64,000 nucleotides of DNA, from the sequence record MK268344.1. The stretch is one strand, 5' to 3'. Each line of letters starts with the position of its first letter. The first letter of the stretch is position 1. Below the pieces are notes generated by a model that saw nothing but the letters and a program-made list of their open reading frames with translations, ran no database searches and was not told the origin of the DNA. Below are positions 19,940 through 32,141 of the stretch, in pieces. Made by a program: the position numbers and the translations under genes.

Positions 19940-19973
19940 AAAGTAAGCTAAAAGCTAAAGATTTTTATTTTAA

Positions 19974-21617
<1,644 letters not shown>

Positions 21618-21629
21618 ATAGATTTATAA

Positions 21630-22990
<1,361 letters not shown>

Positions 22991-23038
22991 TTACGAAAGT
23001 ATGACAACAAGAAGTCATTAAAAAATCTTGAAAATTAT

Positions 23039-23069
23039 TTGGGACATTTTGAGAAAAATGTGATATAAT
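23039..23069 (+). promoter_or_regulatory. GGGA-class promoter (ssb, proximal)
   Basis: TTGGGACA-17-TATAAT. Confidence 0.85.
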
Positions 23070-23186
23070 AATTATACCGGGACACATTGATGTAGAACGG
23101 TAATCTACGGAAGACAATGAATGTCTAACGTTAACAAAGAAGCAAATTAAAATCGAAACAAAGAAACAAACGTAAAGGAATACAAT

Positions 23187-24239
23187 ATGAAAACTCTAGC
23201 TGAAATTCGTGCTCAACTAAAAGCAGACGCAGAACGCTCCGAAGCAATCAAGAATGGTACTTTCACAGGTAATCGTCAACCAGACGCATTCTTAGCTTTT
23301 TGGAACATTCCAGAGAACACACCACTAAACCTACGCTTCCTACCAGATGCAGATGAAAACAACCCATTCTTCTGGCGTGAGCGTGACATGATTACCCTTG
23401 AGTTCAACGGCGTTGTTGGTATGCATACTGATAAAGTTCGTGTTCAAGTACCATGTAATGAAATGTGGGTTCCAAAGTCTTGCCCTGTACTAAACGAACT
23501 ACGTAAGTGGTACGAAAGTGCAAAAGAAACTGGCAACGATGAACTAAAACAACTAGCTAGTAAATACTGGAAGAAAAAATCTTATCTACTACAGTGCTTC
23601 ATTGCACCAGATTCAGTAGCAGTTAAAGATGATATGGCTCCAGAGAATCCAATTCGTCGCGTACTAGTCAATAAGGAAATTTTTGATAAAATCAAATCTA
23701 TCCTAATGAATCCCGGTATCAAAGAACTACCTACTCATTACGAAGAAGGTCGTGATTTTGGTGTCGTTAAGACTCGTAACGGCGGTGGTTTCAACAAATA
23801 TGACATGTCTCAATTCTCCATGTCCGAACGTCCACTAAATGCCGAAGAACGTGCTGCTATTGAAAAATACGGCCTATTCGACCTAGGTGAATTCATGCCT
23901 AAGCAACCAACACCAGAAGAGTTGCAAGCAATCGCTGAAATGTTCGAAGCATCAGTTGATGGCAAACCATATGACCCTGCACGTTGGGCTTTCGCTTACC
24001 GTCCAGCAGGTGTTCAAAAACCAAACGGTAACACTCCAGCTACCACCGCAGCAGTAACCCAAACTGTTACTACAGCTACGCTAACTCAGCCTCTAGTTGA
24101 AGCACAACAAGCACCTGTTACTCCAGCGGCACAACCAACCCAAACTGCTCCAGTAGTTAACACTACTCCAGCAGCAGCAACTAAACCAGCGGTATCTGCT
24201 TCTGATCTAGTAGCTCGTCTAAAAGGTGGCAACAAGTAA
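23187..24239 (+). CDS. gp32: Single-stranded DNA-binding protein (gp32-like)
   Basis: LRFLPDADENN, CPVL, YWKKKSY, EGRDF..KT..GGFNKYDMS; upstream of uvsX. Confidence 0.9.
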   Translation: MKTLAEIRAQLKADAERSEAIKNGTFTGNRQPDAFLAFWNIPENTPLNLRFLPDADENNPFFWRERDMITLEFNGVVGMHTDKVRVQVPCNEMWVPKSCPVLNELRKWYESAKETGNDELKQLASKYWKKKSYLLQCFIAPDSVAVKDDMAPENPIRRVLVNKEIFDKIKSILMNPGIKELPTHYEEGRDFGVVKTRNGGGFNKYDMSQFSMSERPLNAEERAAIEKYGLFDLGEFMPKQPTPEELQAIAEMFEASVDGKPYDPARWAFAYRPAGVQKPNGNTPATTAAVTQTVTTATLTQPLVEAQQAPVTPAAQPTQTAPVVNTTPAAATKPAVSASDLVARLKGGNK

Positions 24240-24288
24240 TTTTCATAGGGGCTAAGGATTGGCCCCATTTTATTTCAAGGAGTGAAAT

Positions 24289-25410
24289 ATGAAACTATCG
24301 TCTGGTTTTTCTAATATTCTAAAAAATAGTACTGCATCAGTTAAGAAGAATTCTGGTGTCAGCGTTGGATTCCATGATCCTGATACATGGGTAAGTACTG
24401 GTAACTTTGCATTGAACTATCGCATTAGCGGTGATTTCAACAAGGGTATTCCTCTTGGTAAAGTAACTATGTTTGCTGGTGAATCTGGCAGTGGTAAATC
24501 ATTCATCGTAAGTGGTAATATTGCACGTGAAGCACAACAACAAGGTATCTTTGTTGTACTAATCGATTCTGAGAACGCTCTAGATTCTGATTGGCTACAT
24601 GCTCTAGGTGTAGATACTTCTGAAGACAAACTTCTAAAAATGAACATGGGTATGATTGGTGATGTTGCTAAATTTACTTATGAGTTCATTGAAGGTTATC
24701 GTAAGGAATATGAAAACGTACCACGTGAAGAACGTATGAAAGTACTATTCATCATCGACTCAATCGGTATGCTTAATACTGAAATCGCAAATGACCAGAT
24801 GAAAGCTGGTACAATGAAAGGCGATATGGGTCACAAACCAAAACAACTTAAAGCGTATATTACAAACTGCGTAAACTCTCTAGGCTCACTAAACATTGGT
24901 ATGGTTTGTGTAAACCACAGTTATGAGTCACAAGATATGTTTAACCCTGATCCAAAAATCAGTGGTGGTAGTGGTCTTGTTTATGCTTCATCTATCGTAG
25001 TAGCTATGGGTAAACTAAAGCTAAAAGAAGACGAAGACGGCAACAAAACTTCTGACGTAAGCGGTATTCGTTCTAAGTGTAAAGTAATGAAAACTCGTTA
25101 TAACAAACCTTTCGAAGATGTAGAGATTAAAATCCCTTATGAAAGAGGTATGAACCCACGTAGCGGTCTACTTGATATGTTTGAAAAATATGGGTTAGTT
25201 ACTAAATCTGGTAACCGTCTACTATATGTAGATATTGATACTGGCGAGCAAATTCTTCAATATGCAAAAGCATGGCGAGCTAATGAAAACAGTTGTTTAG
25301 ATCTAGTCATGAATCAGTTTAATCGTCACCCTCTAATCAGCCCACTAACTGAAGAAGAAAAAGGTGATGAAGAATTCGGTACTGATATCGAAGGAACTGA
25401 AGGAGAATAA
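24289..25410 (+). CDS. uvsX: RecA-like recombinase UvsX
   Basis: GESGSGKS Walker A, IDSENALD, IIDSIG, SGGSG. Confidence 0.95.
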   Translation: MKLSSGFSNILKNSTASVKKNSGVSVGFHDPDTWVSTGNFALNYRISGDFNKGIPLGKVTMFAGESGSGKSFIVSGNIAREAQQQGIFVVLIDSENALDSDWLHALGVDTSEDKLLKMNMGMIGDVAKFTYEFIEGYRKEYENVPREERMKVLFIIDSIGMLNTEIANDQMKAGTMKGDMGHKPKQLKAYITNCVNSLGSLNIGMVCVNHSYESQDMFNPDPKISGGSGLVYASSIVVAMGKLKLKEDEDGNKTSDVSGIRSKCKVMKTRYNKPFEDVEIKIPYERGMNPRSGLLDMFEKYGLVTKSGNRLLYVDIDTGEQILQYAKAWRANENSCLDLVMNQFNRHPLISPLTEEEKGDEEFGTDIEGTEGE

Positions 25411-25412
25411 TA

Positions 25413-25874
25413 ATGCGGCCTTGGCATTGGGTTATCAAAGATGATAAAACCAAGATTGTTGATATGATTGAGTACTATGATGGTGAGCTTGAAGAGGCTC
25501 GCCGTGAAGTAAAACAAATCGGTGTTATTGAGAAGTTAGCCCAGCAATTACCAGCTTGGCACGAAACCCGATTCAGTCAGTTACAACAACTAGAAGCTGT
25601 ACTTGAAGTATTGGAAATTGAAATGAAACAGTTGGAAGGTGAAAAGTTCAAGCATTTTCTTGAACATTATAAACGCCAATTATCTAGCTCAGACTGTAAA
25701 CGCTATGTTGAAGGTGACAAAGAAGTTGCAGAATTAGCAGAGCTTATTAACGAAGTAGCATATATTCGTAACCAGTACACAAGTATTGTAAAGTCATTAG
25801 AAATGAAAGCATTCCAGTTAAACAATATTGTTAAACTAAGAACTGCTGGCATTGAAGATGCAAGATTAGACTAA
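25413..25874 (+). CDS. uvsY: Recombination mediator UvsY
   Basis: Helical 153-aa protein after uvsX; KRYVEGD, KAFQLNNIVKLRTAG. Confidence 0.85.
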   Translation: MRPWHWVIKDDKTKIVDMIEYYDGELEEARREVKQIGVIEKLAQQLPAWHETRFSQLQQLEAVLEVLEIEMKQLEGEKFKHFLEHYKRQLSSSDCKRYVEGDKEVAELAELINEVAYIRNQYTSIVKSLEMKAFQLNNIVKLRTAGIEDARLD

Positions 25875-25880
25875 TTTAAT

Positions 25881-25904
25881 AAGGACGCATTGAGCGTCCT
25901 TTTC
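25881..25904 (+). terminator. Intrinsic terminator after uvsY
   Basis: AAGGACGC-attga-GCGTCCTT-TT. Confidence 0.8.
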
Positions 25905-25919
25905 TTTTGAGAATATATT

Positions 25920-26738
25920 ATGAATAAGATGGAAGAATTTCTACAGAAAGTGGTTGTAAACGATACGGAGACTACTGGTGTGGATGAGGATGATGATATT
26001 ATTGAATTCAGTGCTTCGTTTCCAATGTCAGCACAGGATGGGATTGATGATATTATTAACTACACAAATCGTTATAAACCACTAAAACCAGTACCAGCAA
26101 TTGCATCTTCAGTACATTTCATTACTGACGACGATCTTGTAGATTGTGGTAGTTACAAAGATGATATTGAAAATATCGACGCACTCTTTACTTCACGTGA
26201 ATTCTATGTGGGTCACAACGTTGATTTTGACCGTGATATGTATATTCAGAATCACCGTAAAAGTACTGGTATCGTACCAGAATATATGATCGACAATACT
26301 AAGTGGATTTGCACCTTACGTTTAGCAAAAAAACTTTTTGCCGAAGATATGGAATATGAAAACTTTAAACTAAGTTATCTATGGTTCAAGTATGGATTGA
26401 ATAAAACAGTTGATCGACCAATCAATGCTCACGCAGCAAAGGATGACGTGTACATGTGCTTCAAAGTACTCGTCAAGCTAGTTGAGATCTGTATTGAACG
26501 TGGTGTAATTGATCCAAACCAAGATATCGGTGAACAAATTATTGCATTCTGCAATAAACCTTATCGTTATCAGATTATGCCTATTGGTAAACACAAAGGC
26601 GAAAAAATGAAAGATGTTCCCTTGAACTACTTGAACTGGATGATAACTAATAGTGACATTCTAAATGCTGATTTGCCGAACTACGATGTAGACTTGGCTT
26701 ACACTATCGAATGTGAGTATTCAGAAAGAACCAATTGA
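25920..26738 (+). CDS. DEDDh 3'-5' exonuclease (ExoX-like) with C-terminal MPxGKHKG domain
   Basis: DTETTG, GHNVDFD, HAAKDD, MPIGKHKGEKMKDVPLNYLNW. Confidence 0.9.
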   Translation: MNKMEEFLQKVVVNDTETTGVDEDDDIIEFSASFPMSAQDGIDDIINYTNRYKPLKPVPAIASSVHFITDDDLVDCGSYKDDIENIDALFTSREFYVGHNVDFDRDMYIQNHRKSTGIVPEYMIDNTKWICTLRLAKKLFAEDMEYENFKLSYLWFKYGLNKTVDRPINAHAAKDDVYMCFKVLVKLVEICIERGVIDPNQDIGEQIIAFCNKPYRYQIMPIGKHKGEKMKDVPLNYLNWMITNSDILNADLPNYDVDLAYTIECEYSERTN

Positions 26739-26755
26739 TTTAAAAGGACTCAAGG

Positions 26756-28240
26756 ATGAGTGGAGTTTGTAGACTTATACTTCAGGATGAAGTAAACTGT
26801 AAATTCGAGGGGCTTGACCCCTCAATTAGAAACAAAATGATTAGTGAAGTTTCTTATGTACTTCCTTACGCTCGATATACTCCTGCTGGACGAATGGGCC
26901 GCTGGGACGGTAAAGTAAACTTCATGAATATGGGCGGTAGTACTTATTATCATATGTTAGATAAATTACTACCCATCTTGGATAAACATAATGTGTTGAT
27001 TGATGTTATTGATGAACGCATTACATATGATTTTGATTTTGACCCAATCGATGAAAATCTTTTCGATTATGTTGAATTTCCAGTGGGACACCACATGGAA
27101 GGTAAAAAAATCATTCTACGTGAGCACCAAGTAAATGCGGTTAATGCATGTTTGAAAAACCAACATGGATTACTACTTGCAAGTACGAGTTCAGGTAAAA
27201 CTCTAATCACTGCCGCACTATCTAAATGTGTAGAGAAATATGGTCGTAGTATTATCATCGTTCCAAGTACTGATCTAGTACAGCAAACATATAATGACTA
27301 CGCTATGGTTGGATTAGATGCTGGTGTATTTTATGGTGATAAAAAAGAACTAGGACATACCCATACTATCACGACTTGGCAATCCTTAAACTCTTTGTGG
27401 AAAAAAACAAAGAAAGATGAGATTCCAATGACTGAGCAGGACATTCACGACTTCATTGATGGTGTGGTGTGTGTTATGGTGGATGAGGCCCATACAAGTG
27501 CTGCTGATGCACTACAGGCTGTTTTAGGACAGGTAATGTGTCGTATTCCATTACGTTGGGGTTTAACTGGTACAATCCCAAAAGATCCAGTTCTAGCAGC
27601 AAAAATCAAGTGCAATGTCGGTGACATAATATATACGATCACTGCGAAAGAATTACAAGATAAGAATATTTTGAGTACTTGTAATGTGAACTGTATCAAA
27701 TTGAAAAGTTCATTGAAGTTTGCAACCTATCCAGAAGAAATGAAGTTCTTAGTAACTGACCGGGATAGGATGAAGTACATTGCCACATTGATTGCAGCTA
27801 TTGCAGAGAGTGGAAATACATTAGTGTTAGTTGACAGGTTGGAAGCTGGTGAATTACTTTGTGAGTATTTAGGAATTCCCAAATCTGAATTTGTTCGTGG
27901 TAATACGAAGAAGAAAGACCGTGAAGCCTCTTATGGTGAAATCCGTTGGGCTGATAACAAAATTCTAATTGCTACATACGGTGTTGCAAGTACTGGTATT
28001 AGTATCAGTCGCTTATATAACGTTGTATTGATTGAACCGGGTAAATCATTCGTTCGTACAATTCAGAGTATTGGGCGTGGACTACGCCGAGCAGAAGACA
28101 AAGATCACGTTGAAATCTATGATATTTCGGGTTCAAACAAATATTCAGCAAAACACTCAAGGGAGAGAATCGCATACTACAAAGAGGTGGAATATCCTTA
28201 TAATCAGGTAGTTGTTGAAGATTGGCAAAACTTGGGATGA
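26756..28240 (+). CDS. uvsW: UvsW-like SF2 helicase
   Basis: LREHQ, STSSGKT, VDEAH, GLTGT, QSIGRGLR. Confidence 0.92.
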   Translation: MSGVCRLILQDEVNCKFEGLDPSIRNKMISEVSYVLPYARYTPAGRMGRWDGKVNFMNMGGSTYYHMLDKLLPILDKHNVLIDVIDERITYDFDFDPIDENLFDYVEFPVGHHMEGKKIILREHQVNAVNACLKNQHGLLLASTSSGKTLITAALSKCVEKYGRSIIIVPSTDLVQQTYNDYAMVGLDAGVFYGDKKELGHTHTITTWQSLNSLWKKTKKDEIPMTEQDIHDFIDGVVCVMVDEAHTSAADALQAVLGQVMCRIPLRWGLTGTIPKDPVLAAKIKCNVGDIIYTITAKELQDKNILSTCNVNCIKLKSSLKFATYPEEMKFLVTDRDRMKYIATLIAAIAESGNTLVLVDRLEAGELLCEYLGIPKSEFVRGNTKKKDREASYGEIRWADNKILIATYGVASTGISISRLYNVVLIEPGKSFVRTIQSIGRGLRRAEDKDHVEIYDISGSNKYSAKHSRERIAYYKEVEYPYNQVVVEDWQNLG

Positions 28241-28262
28241 AACCGAAAAAATGTGATATAAT
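28232..28262 (+). promoter_or_regulatory. GGGA-class promoter (overlaps the uvsW stop)
   Basis: TTGGGATG-17-TATAAT. Confidence 0.8.
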
Positions 28263-28294
28263 ATAACTGTAACTAACAAAAGGAATAAAGAAAA

Positions 28295-28729
28295 ATGGAA
28301 CTTCGATCTTGTATCGCTTTTATTGGTGATCATGCAACGCTTGAAAAGATCGATTCCTTGATTAACGAGGAATCTTTGATTGACGACATGGTATTTTCTG
28401 TAGATTTTATTTCAGAGCTTGAAACTAACGATACCTATGTTTACCGTTGCTATTCTGATAGCGATTCATGGATTAATATCTATGAAATCCAAAATAGATT
28501 TACTGAAATTCTTGGTAAATCAAAATATGACATAATTTATGCTAGTACTGATTCTAAGACATTTGTAGACGTAGTGAGTATTTCTGGAAATTTTGATGCT
28601 TACATTGACACAGACACCGATAAGATTCAGGAAGTATGTGATACGTATGGGTTGGAGTTCTTTGGGTCTGATGAGGAAGATGATTATCAGATTGACGATT
28701 ACTACAACGACGACGATGATTACTACTAA
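28295..28729 (+). CDS. Hypothetical acidic protein
   Basis: 144 aa behind a GGGA-class promoter; D/Y-rich tail. Confidence 0.7.
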   Translation: MELRSCIAFIGDHATLEKIDSLINEESLIDDMVFSVDFISELETNDTYVYRCYSDSDSWINIYEIQNRFTEILGKSKYDIIYASTDSKTFVDVVSISGNFDAYIDTDTDKIQEVCDTYGLEFFGSDEEDDYQIDDYYNDDDDYY

Positions 28730-28739
28730 GGAGGGAATC

Positions 28740-29237
28740 ATGCAAATTTTAACTCCAGAAAACTATGCATATGAAATGGATTTGGTGTCCGATGAGATAC
28801 CAGAAGAAATGTATTGTGTACTAGATTTGAGTGATCACGGTGATTCTGATTTTTATTTCAGACCAATCAACCATACAGTATCATTCAATAGTTTGAGTGC
28901 TGATTTACAAATTGGTGATAAAGTTATTCAAGTACCCCTAGGTTGGCAAATACTTCTAGGTGATGAGGATACTGGAATGGCTGAGATGTGTACTATTGAA
29001 AATCTTTTGAATATGAAAGAACCACAAGCATATGTATACAATCCAATACGTTCTATGTATCCTAGATATGAAGACGTAAAAGTACTAAGAGTATTCACAC
29101 TAACTACTAAGTGGCAGATGCCGATGGTTCAACGTAAGAATTTACTTGCAGTACCATTGACAAAAGGGTATAATCCCAAATGCGTCTTTTTTGCCGACGA
29201 AAACGAAAAAATACCTGATTTATATTTGGGAGCTTGA
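28740..29237 (+). CDS. Conserved hypothetical protein
   Basis: ATG 28740 after GGAGGG (track start 28593 is too long). Confidence 0.7.
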   Translation: MQILTPENYAYEMDLVSDEIPEEMYCVLDLSDHGDSDFYFRPINHTVSFNSLSADLQIGDKVIQVPLGWQILLGDEDTGMAEMCTIENLLNMKEPQAYVYNPIRSMYPRYEDVKVLRVFTLTTKWQMPMVQRKNLLAVPLTKGYNPKCVFFADENEKIPDLYLGA

Positions 29238-29239
29238 TA

Positions 29240-30085
29240 ATGTTTGATTTCAGTAATACAAAAGAATCTACTCCAGTAGAAGAGTATGAGGTTGAAAAGA
29301 AAGTAGATCTTGATATGAACCTTCTACTTGAGAAGATTGACACTGCACAGTACGAGTATTTTGAAACACTAAGTGATAATGAAAAGAAAAGTTTTCAACC
29401 TTATGTGATTCAGCGTTGGATTAGTTCACTTGATGATTCTATGCAAGTAACATACTCAGCTAAAAGTGTTGAAGCTATATTTGGTAAATGGGCTAAAGGT
29501 GGCAAAGATGCACTAAATGAATTACGTACTGAATTTATCAATAACGGTATTGAATGTATCGGTGTTGCAAAATATCAACACGCACAATATGACTGGCGTA
29601 TAAAATTTGCAGTGAAGAACAAAGCAGCAGCCGAGAAACTTATTCAGGCTATGCAAGAGTTCAGTATTACTGGATATGAAATTGTATCATTGGTTGACAG
29701 TACTACTTACAAACATCTTCTAATTATGTTGAATGACATGGTTAACGAAGGTATGTGGGAAATGCAGAATACACCAGATTTAGTTTACCAACTTCTATGT
29801 TCTGTATCTTCTATTGTAGGTGGACGCAAACAAGCACACACTTGGTTGCCTTTCCCTAAAGGCTTAAAGAATGTAAATAAAAACTTATTTGGACTCATCA
29901 AGAAAACACAGCCAATGTTAACGGCAGCACAACTTTCCGAAGTTGAGTACAAAATTCTTTTATTGGGTTATGATAAGAAATCATTTGAGGCACTTCTTGA
30001 GGACTTTGGTTTTCAAGATAGTGATAAGAAAGACTATCTAAAACAATTCAAGGCAGAGTGTGAGAAATATGGCAAAACTAGCTAA
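29240..30085 (+). CDS. Clamp-loader small subunit-like protein (gp62-like) with insertion
   Basis: YFETLSDNEKKSFQPYVIQRWISS ... LNDMVN ... HTWLP pattern; ATG 29240 after GGAG. Confidence 0.5.
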   Translation: MFDFSNTKESTPVEEYEVEKKVDLDMNLLLEKIDTAQYEYFETLSDNEKKSFQPYVIQRWISSLDDSMQVTYSAKSVEAIFGKWAKGGKDALNELRTEFINNGIECIGVAKYQHAQYDWRIKFAVKNKAAAEKLIQAMQEFSITGYEIVSLVDSTTYKHLLIMLNDMVNEGMWEMQNTPDLVYQLLCSVSSIVGGRKQAHTWLPFPKGLKNVNKNLFGLIKKTQPMLTAAQLSEVEYKILLLGYDKKSFEALLEDFGFQDSDKKDYLKQFKAECEKYGKTS

Positions 30086-30779
30086 AAAAGCACCCACATA
30101 TAAATGTGGGTTTTGCAATAAAGAGTTTAAAAGAGAAGAAACAGTTTTAACACATAAATGTGAAAAACGTGAAAGATATAATAATCGTGACTCCCGCCAG
30201 ATGCGGGAGGCATTTCGTATCTATATGCTGTTCATGAGCAAACATAAACTAAGTATGGGTAAGAATGAAGAACCATTAATGCACTTTATTAAATCAAAGT
30301 ACTTTAATGATTTTTATAAATTTGCTGATTATATACTATCTAATGATATTTTGAACAAAGAGCAATTTGTTGAAACTATTATGACTAGTGGTAAACCAGT
30401 ATATGAATGGATGACTCATAAAACATTAGAAGAATGGGTTATTAAATGCATTCGTGAAGAACATCCACGTAGAGCAATAGAGAGATCTATTCCAGCATTA
30501 GTTGAATGGGCTGAAATTGTTGATAGTGATTGGACTAACTTCTTCCGTGAAGTAAGTTCAGTACGTGCTATTCAATGGTTTGAATGTGGTAAAATATCAC
30601 CGTGGCTCATCTACATTGCCCCCACTGCATCCGGTAATGCCCTCTTCTCCAGATTATCGACTTCTGAATTAGAATATCTAATTCGGTTCATCGATCCTAC
30701 TTTTTATCAAATGAAACAAATAAAATACAAAGAAGATTGTGATTATATTAGGCAACTTCTTATTGAGGCTGGATTATGA
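30069..30779 (+). CDS. Protein with N-terminal C2H2-like zinc finger
   Basis: YKCGFCNKEFKREETVLTHKC; GKISPW. Confidence 0.7.
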   Translation: MAKLAKKAPTYKCGFCNKEFKREETVLTHKCEKRERYNNRDSRQMREAFRIYMLFMSKHKLSMGKNEEPLMHFIKSKYFNDFYKFADYILSNDILNKEQFVETIMTSGKPVYEWMTHKTLEEWVIKCIREEHPRRAIERSIPALVEWAEIVDSDWTNFFREVSSVRAIQWFECGKISPWLIYIAPTASGNALFSRLSTSELEYLIRFIDPTFYQMKQIKYKEDCDYIRQLLIEAGL

Positions 30780-31132
30780 GTAATATATATAAAGGGCAGG
30801 ATAACCCTAAACCTACAATCTATAACACAAAAGTAAATGAAACAGAAAGTCCAAAGAAAAGTACAACATCGCCGCAGATTAAACTTCTTCGCGAAGCACA
30901 CGTTACCGAAATCACACTTGGAGACCAAACACTCAGAGTAATGGATGCTGGTCATATTCAGGGTGTTATTAATATGATTGAGAAACATCATAGTAGTATT
31001 GAGCAATTAAACAAAACTGTTAATAACTTGAATAGGACTATCCGCACGTTGAATGGTCAAATACAAGACATGAATCGTGAAATTGATCAACTAAAAGGGA
31101 TATTGAAAATAAATGGAAACAACTACTTATAA
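30776..31132 (+). CDS. Hypothetical coiled-coil protein
   Basis: Heptad pattern in the C-terminal half. Confidence 0.65.
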   Translation: MSNIYKGQDNPKPTIYNTKVNETESPKKSTTSPQIKLLREAHVTEITLGDQTLRVMDAGHIQGVINMIEKHHSSIEQLNKTVNNLNRTIRTLNGQIQDMNREIDQLKGILKINGNNYL

Positions 31133-31745
31133 GAAAGCTAGAACTGACGTTGATATAGACGTTCGCAATTCCAAAGAAGTAATTGAACAATTACCATGTG
31201 TGAGAAGTGTTGAAATCATTAATGAAGATGGTTTTCTAGTACATAAGAGTGGGATTCATTTTGATAACATACCAGTAGACCCTATTACCGGATATGCGAG
31301 CATACCATATAAAGAAGCCGAAAGATTAGGATATCAAAAGGTTGATATACTGTCTCAATCGGCTTATATGTATGTTCGTGATCGTGAACATTTAAAAGAA
31401 TTAATGGCACGTGAGCCAGATTGGTCATTATTATTAGTTCCAGAAATTGTTGAACAATTATCTCAGATTAAAAAACATATTTCATTATTACAAATATGGA
31501 AACCAAGTTCTGTTGACGAATTAGCTATGTTTATTGCTATGATTCGTCCGGGCAAACGCCAATGTCAGAGCATGAATAGTTGGGATGAAGTTAGGGCTAC
31601 GATTTGGGATTATAGTACAATAGGGCTTGACGGGGAAGGTAAGAAACAACGTTATTTCAAAAAACCACATGCTTATGCATACAGTCTAATGATTGTTGTG
31701 CAATTAAATGCTTTAGTTGAGCATCTTATGTCTTCCTCTTCTTGA
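31113..31745 (+). CDS. Minimal DNA polymerase III alpha (DnaE)-like catalytic core
   Basis: TDVDID, HKSG, KVDILS, AMIRPG, FKKPHAYAY match DnaE PDxDxD, HAAG, KxDFLG, ALxRPG, FNKSHxxAY. Confidence 0.8.
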   Translation: METTTYKKARTDVDIDVRNSKEVIEQLPCVRSVEIINEDGFLVHKSGIHFDNIPVDPITGYASIPYKEAERLGYQKVDILSQSAYMYVRDREHLKELMAREPDWSLLLVPEIVEQLSQIKKHISLLQIWKPSSVDELAMFIAMIRPGKRQCQSMNSWDEVRATIWDYSTIGLDGEGKKQRYFKKPHAYAYSLMIVVQLNALVEHLMSSSS

Positions 31746-32079
31746 GGGTAATATTTCTTCGTTTGATTCGTTTAGTTGGCAAATCACTAAGTGATATTGC
31801 CGGGCCTGATATAAAGGTGACACTATCGGTATTAAAACGTTGAGTATAATTTTCGTAAGTCTCCATCTCTTCTTGCATAAAGAGGCAGATGGGGATTGAC
31901 CGATTGCTTTGCCACCACCAAGTATCAGCTAGATCTAGCAGATCTTTTTGATGGGATTCTTCCATTAGATGGAAACAGTATAAAGTTGTATATTGTTTAC
32001 TCTTAATCTTTATAATCCCATAATAGATATTCCCGTCATGTTCCAGTACAGTAACATACGGTGGGTAAGTTTTACACAT
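31726..32079 (-). CDS. Hypothetical late protein
   Basis: ATG 32079 with GGAG 8 nt upstream; minus-strand TATAAATA at 32123-32130. Confidence 0.6.
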   Translation of the reverse strand: MCKTYPPYVTVLEHDGNIYYGIIKIKSKQYTTLYCFHLMEESHQKDLLDLADTWWWQSNRSIPICLFMQEEMETYENYTQRFNTDSVTFISGPAISLSDLPTKRIKRRNITLKKRKT

Positions 32080-32091
32080 TAATAGGACTCC

Positions 32092-32130
32092 CATAAATAT
32101 TATATAGTTTAAAAGTACATAGTATTTATA
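32092..32130. promoter_or_regulatory. Face-to-face late promoter pair
   Basis: CATAAATA (+, 32092-32099) and TATAAATA (-, 32123-32130). Confidence 0.7.
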
Positions 32131-32141
32131 GAGGTAAACTA

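Noticed and set aside
23075-23108. H-type pseudoknot in the SSB leader (TACCG/CGGTA with GTAGA/TCTAC)
   Set aside because: One connecting loop would be a single nucleotide and the 5' strand overlaps the predicted TSS; only the hairpin is kept.
28680-28729. GAC/GAT/TAC trinucleotide run
   Set aside because: It encodes a low-complexity D/Y tail, not a DNA repeat element.
28740-29237. Possible Hint-like fold
   Set aside because: An impression from the beta pattern only; no catalytic N-terminal Cys/Ser or C-terminal His-Asn.
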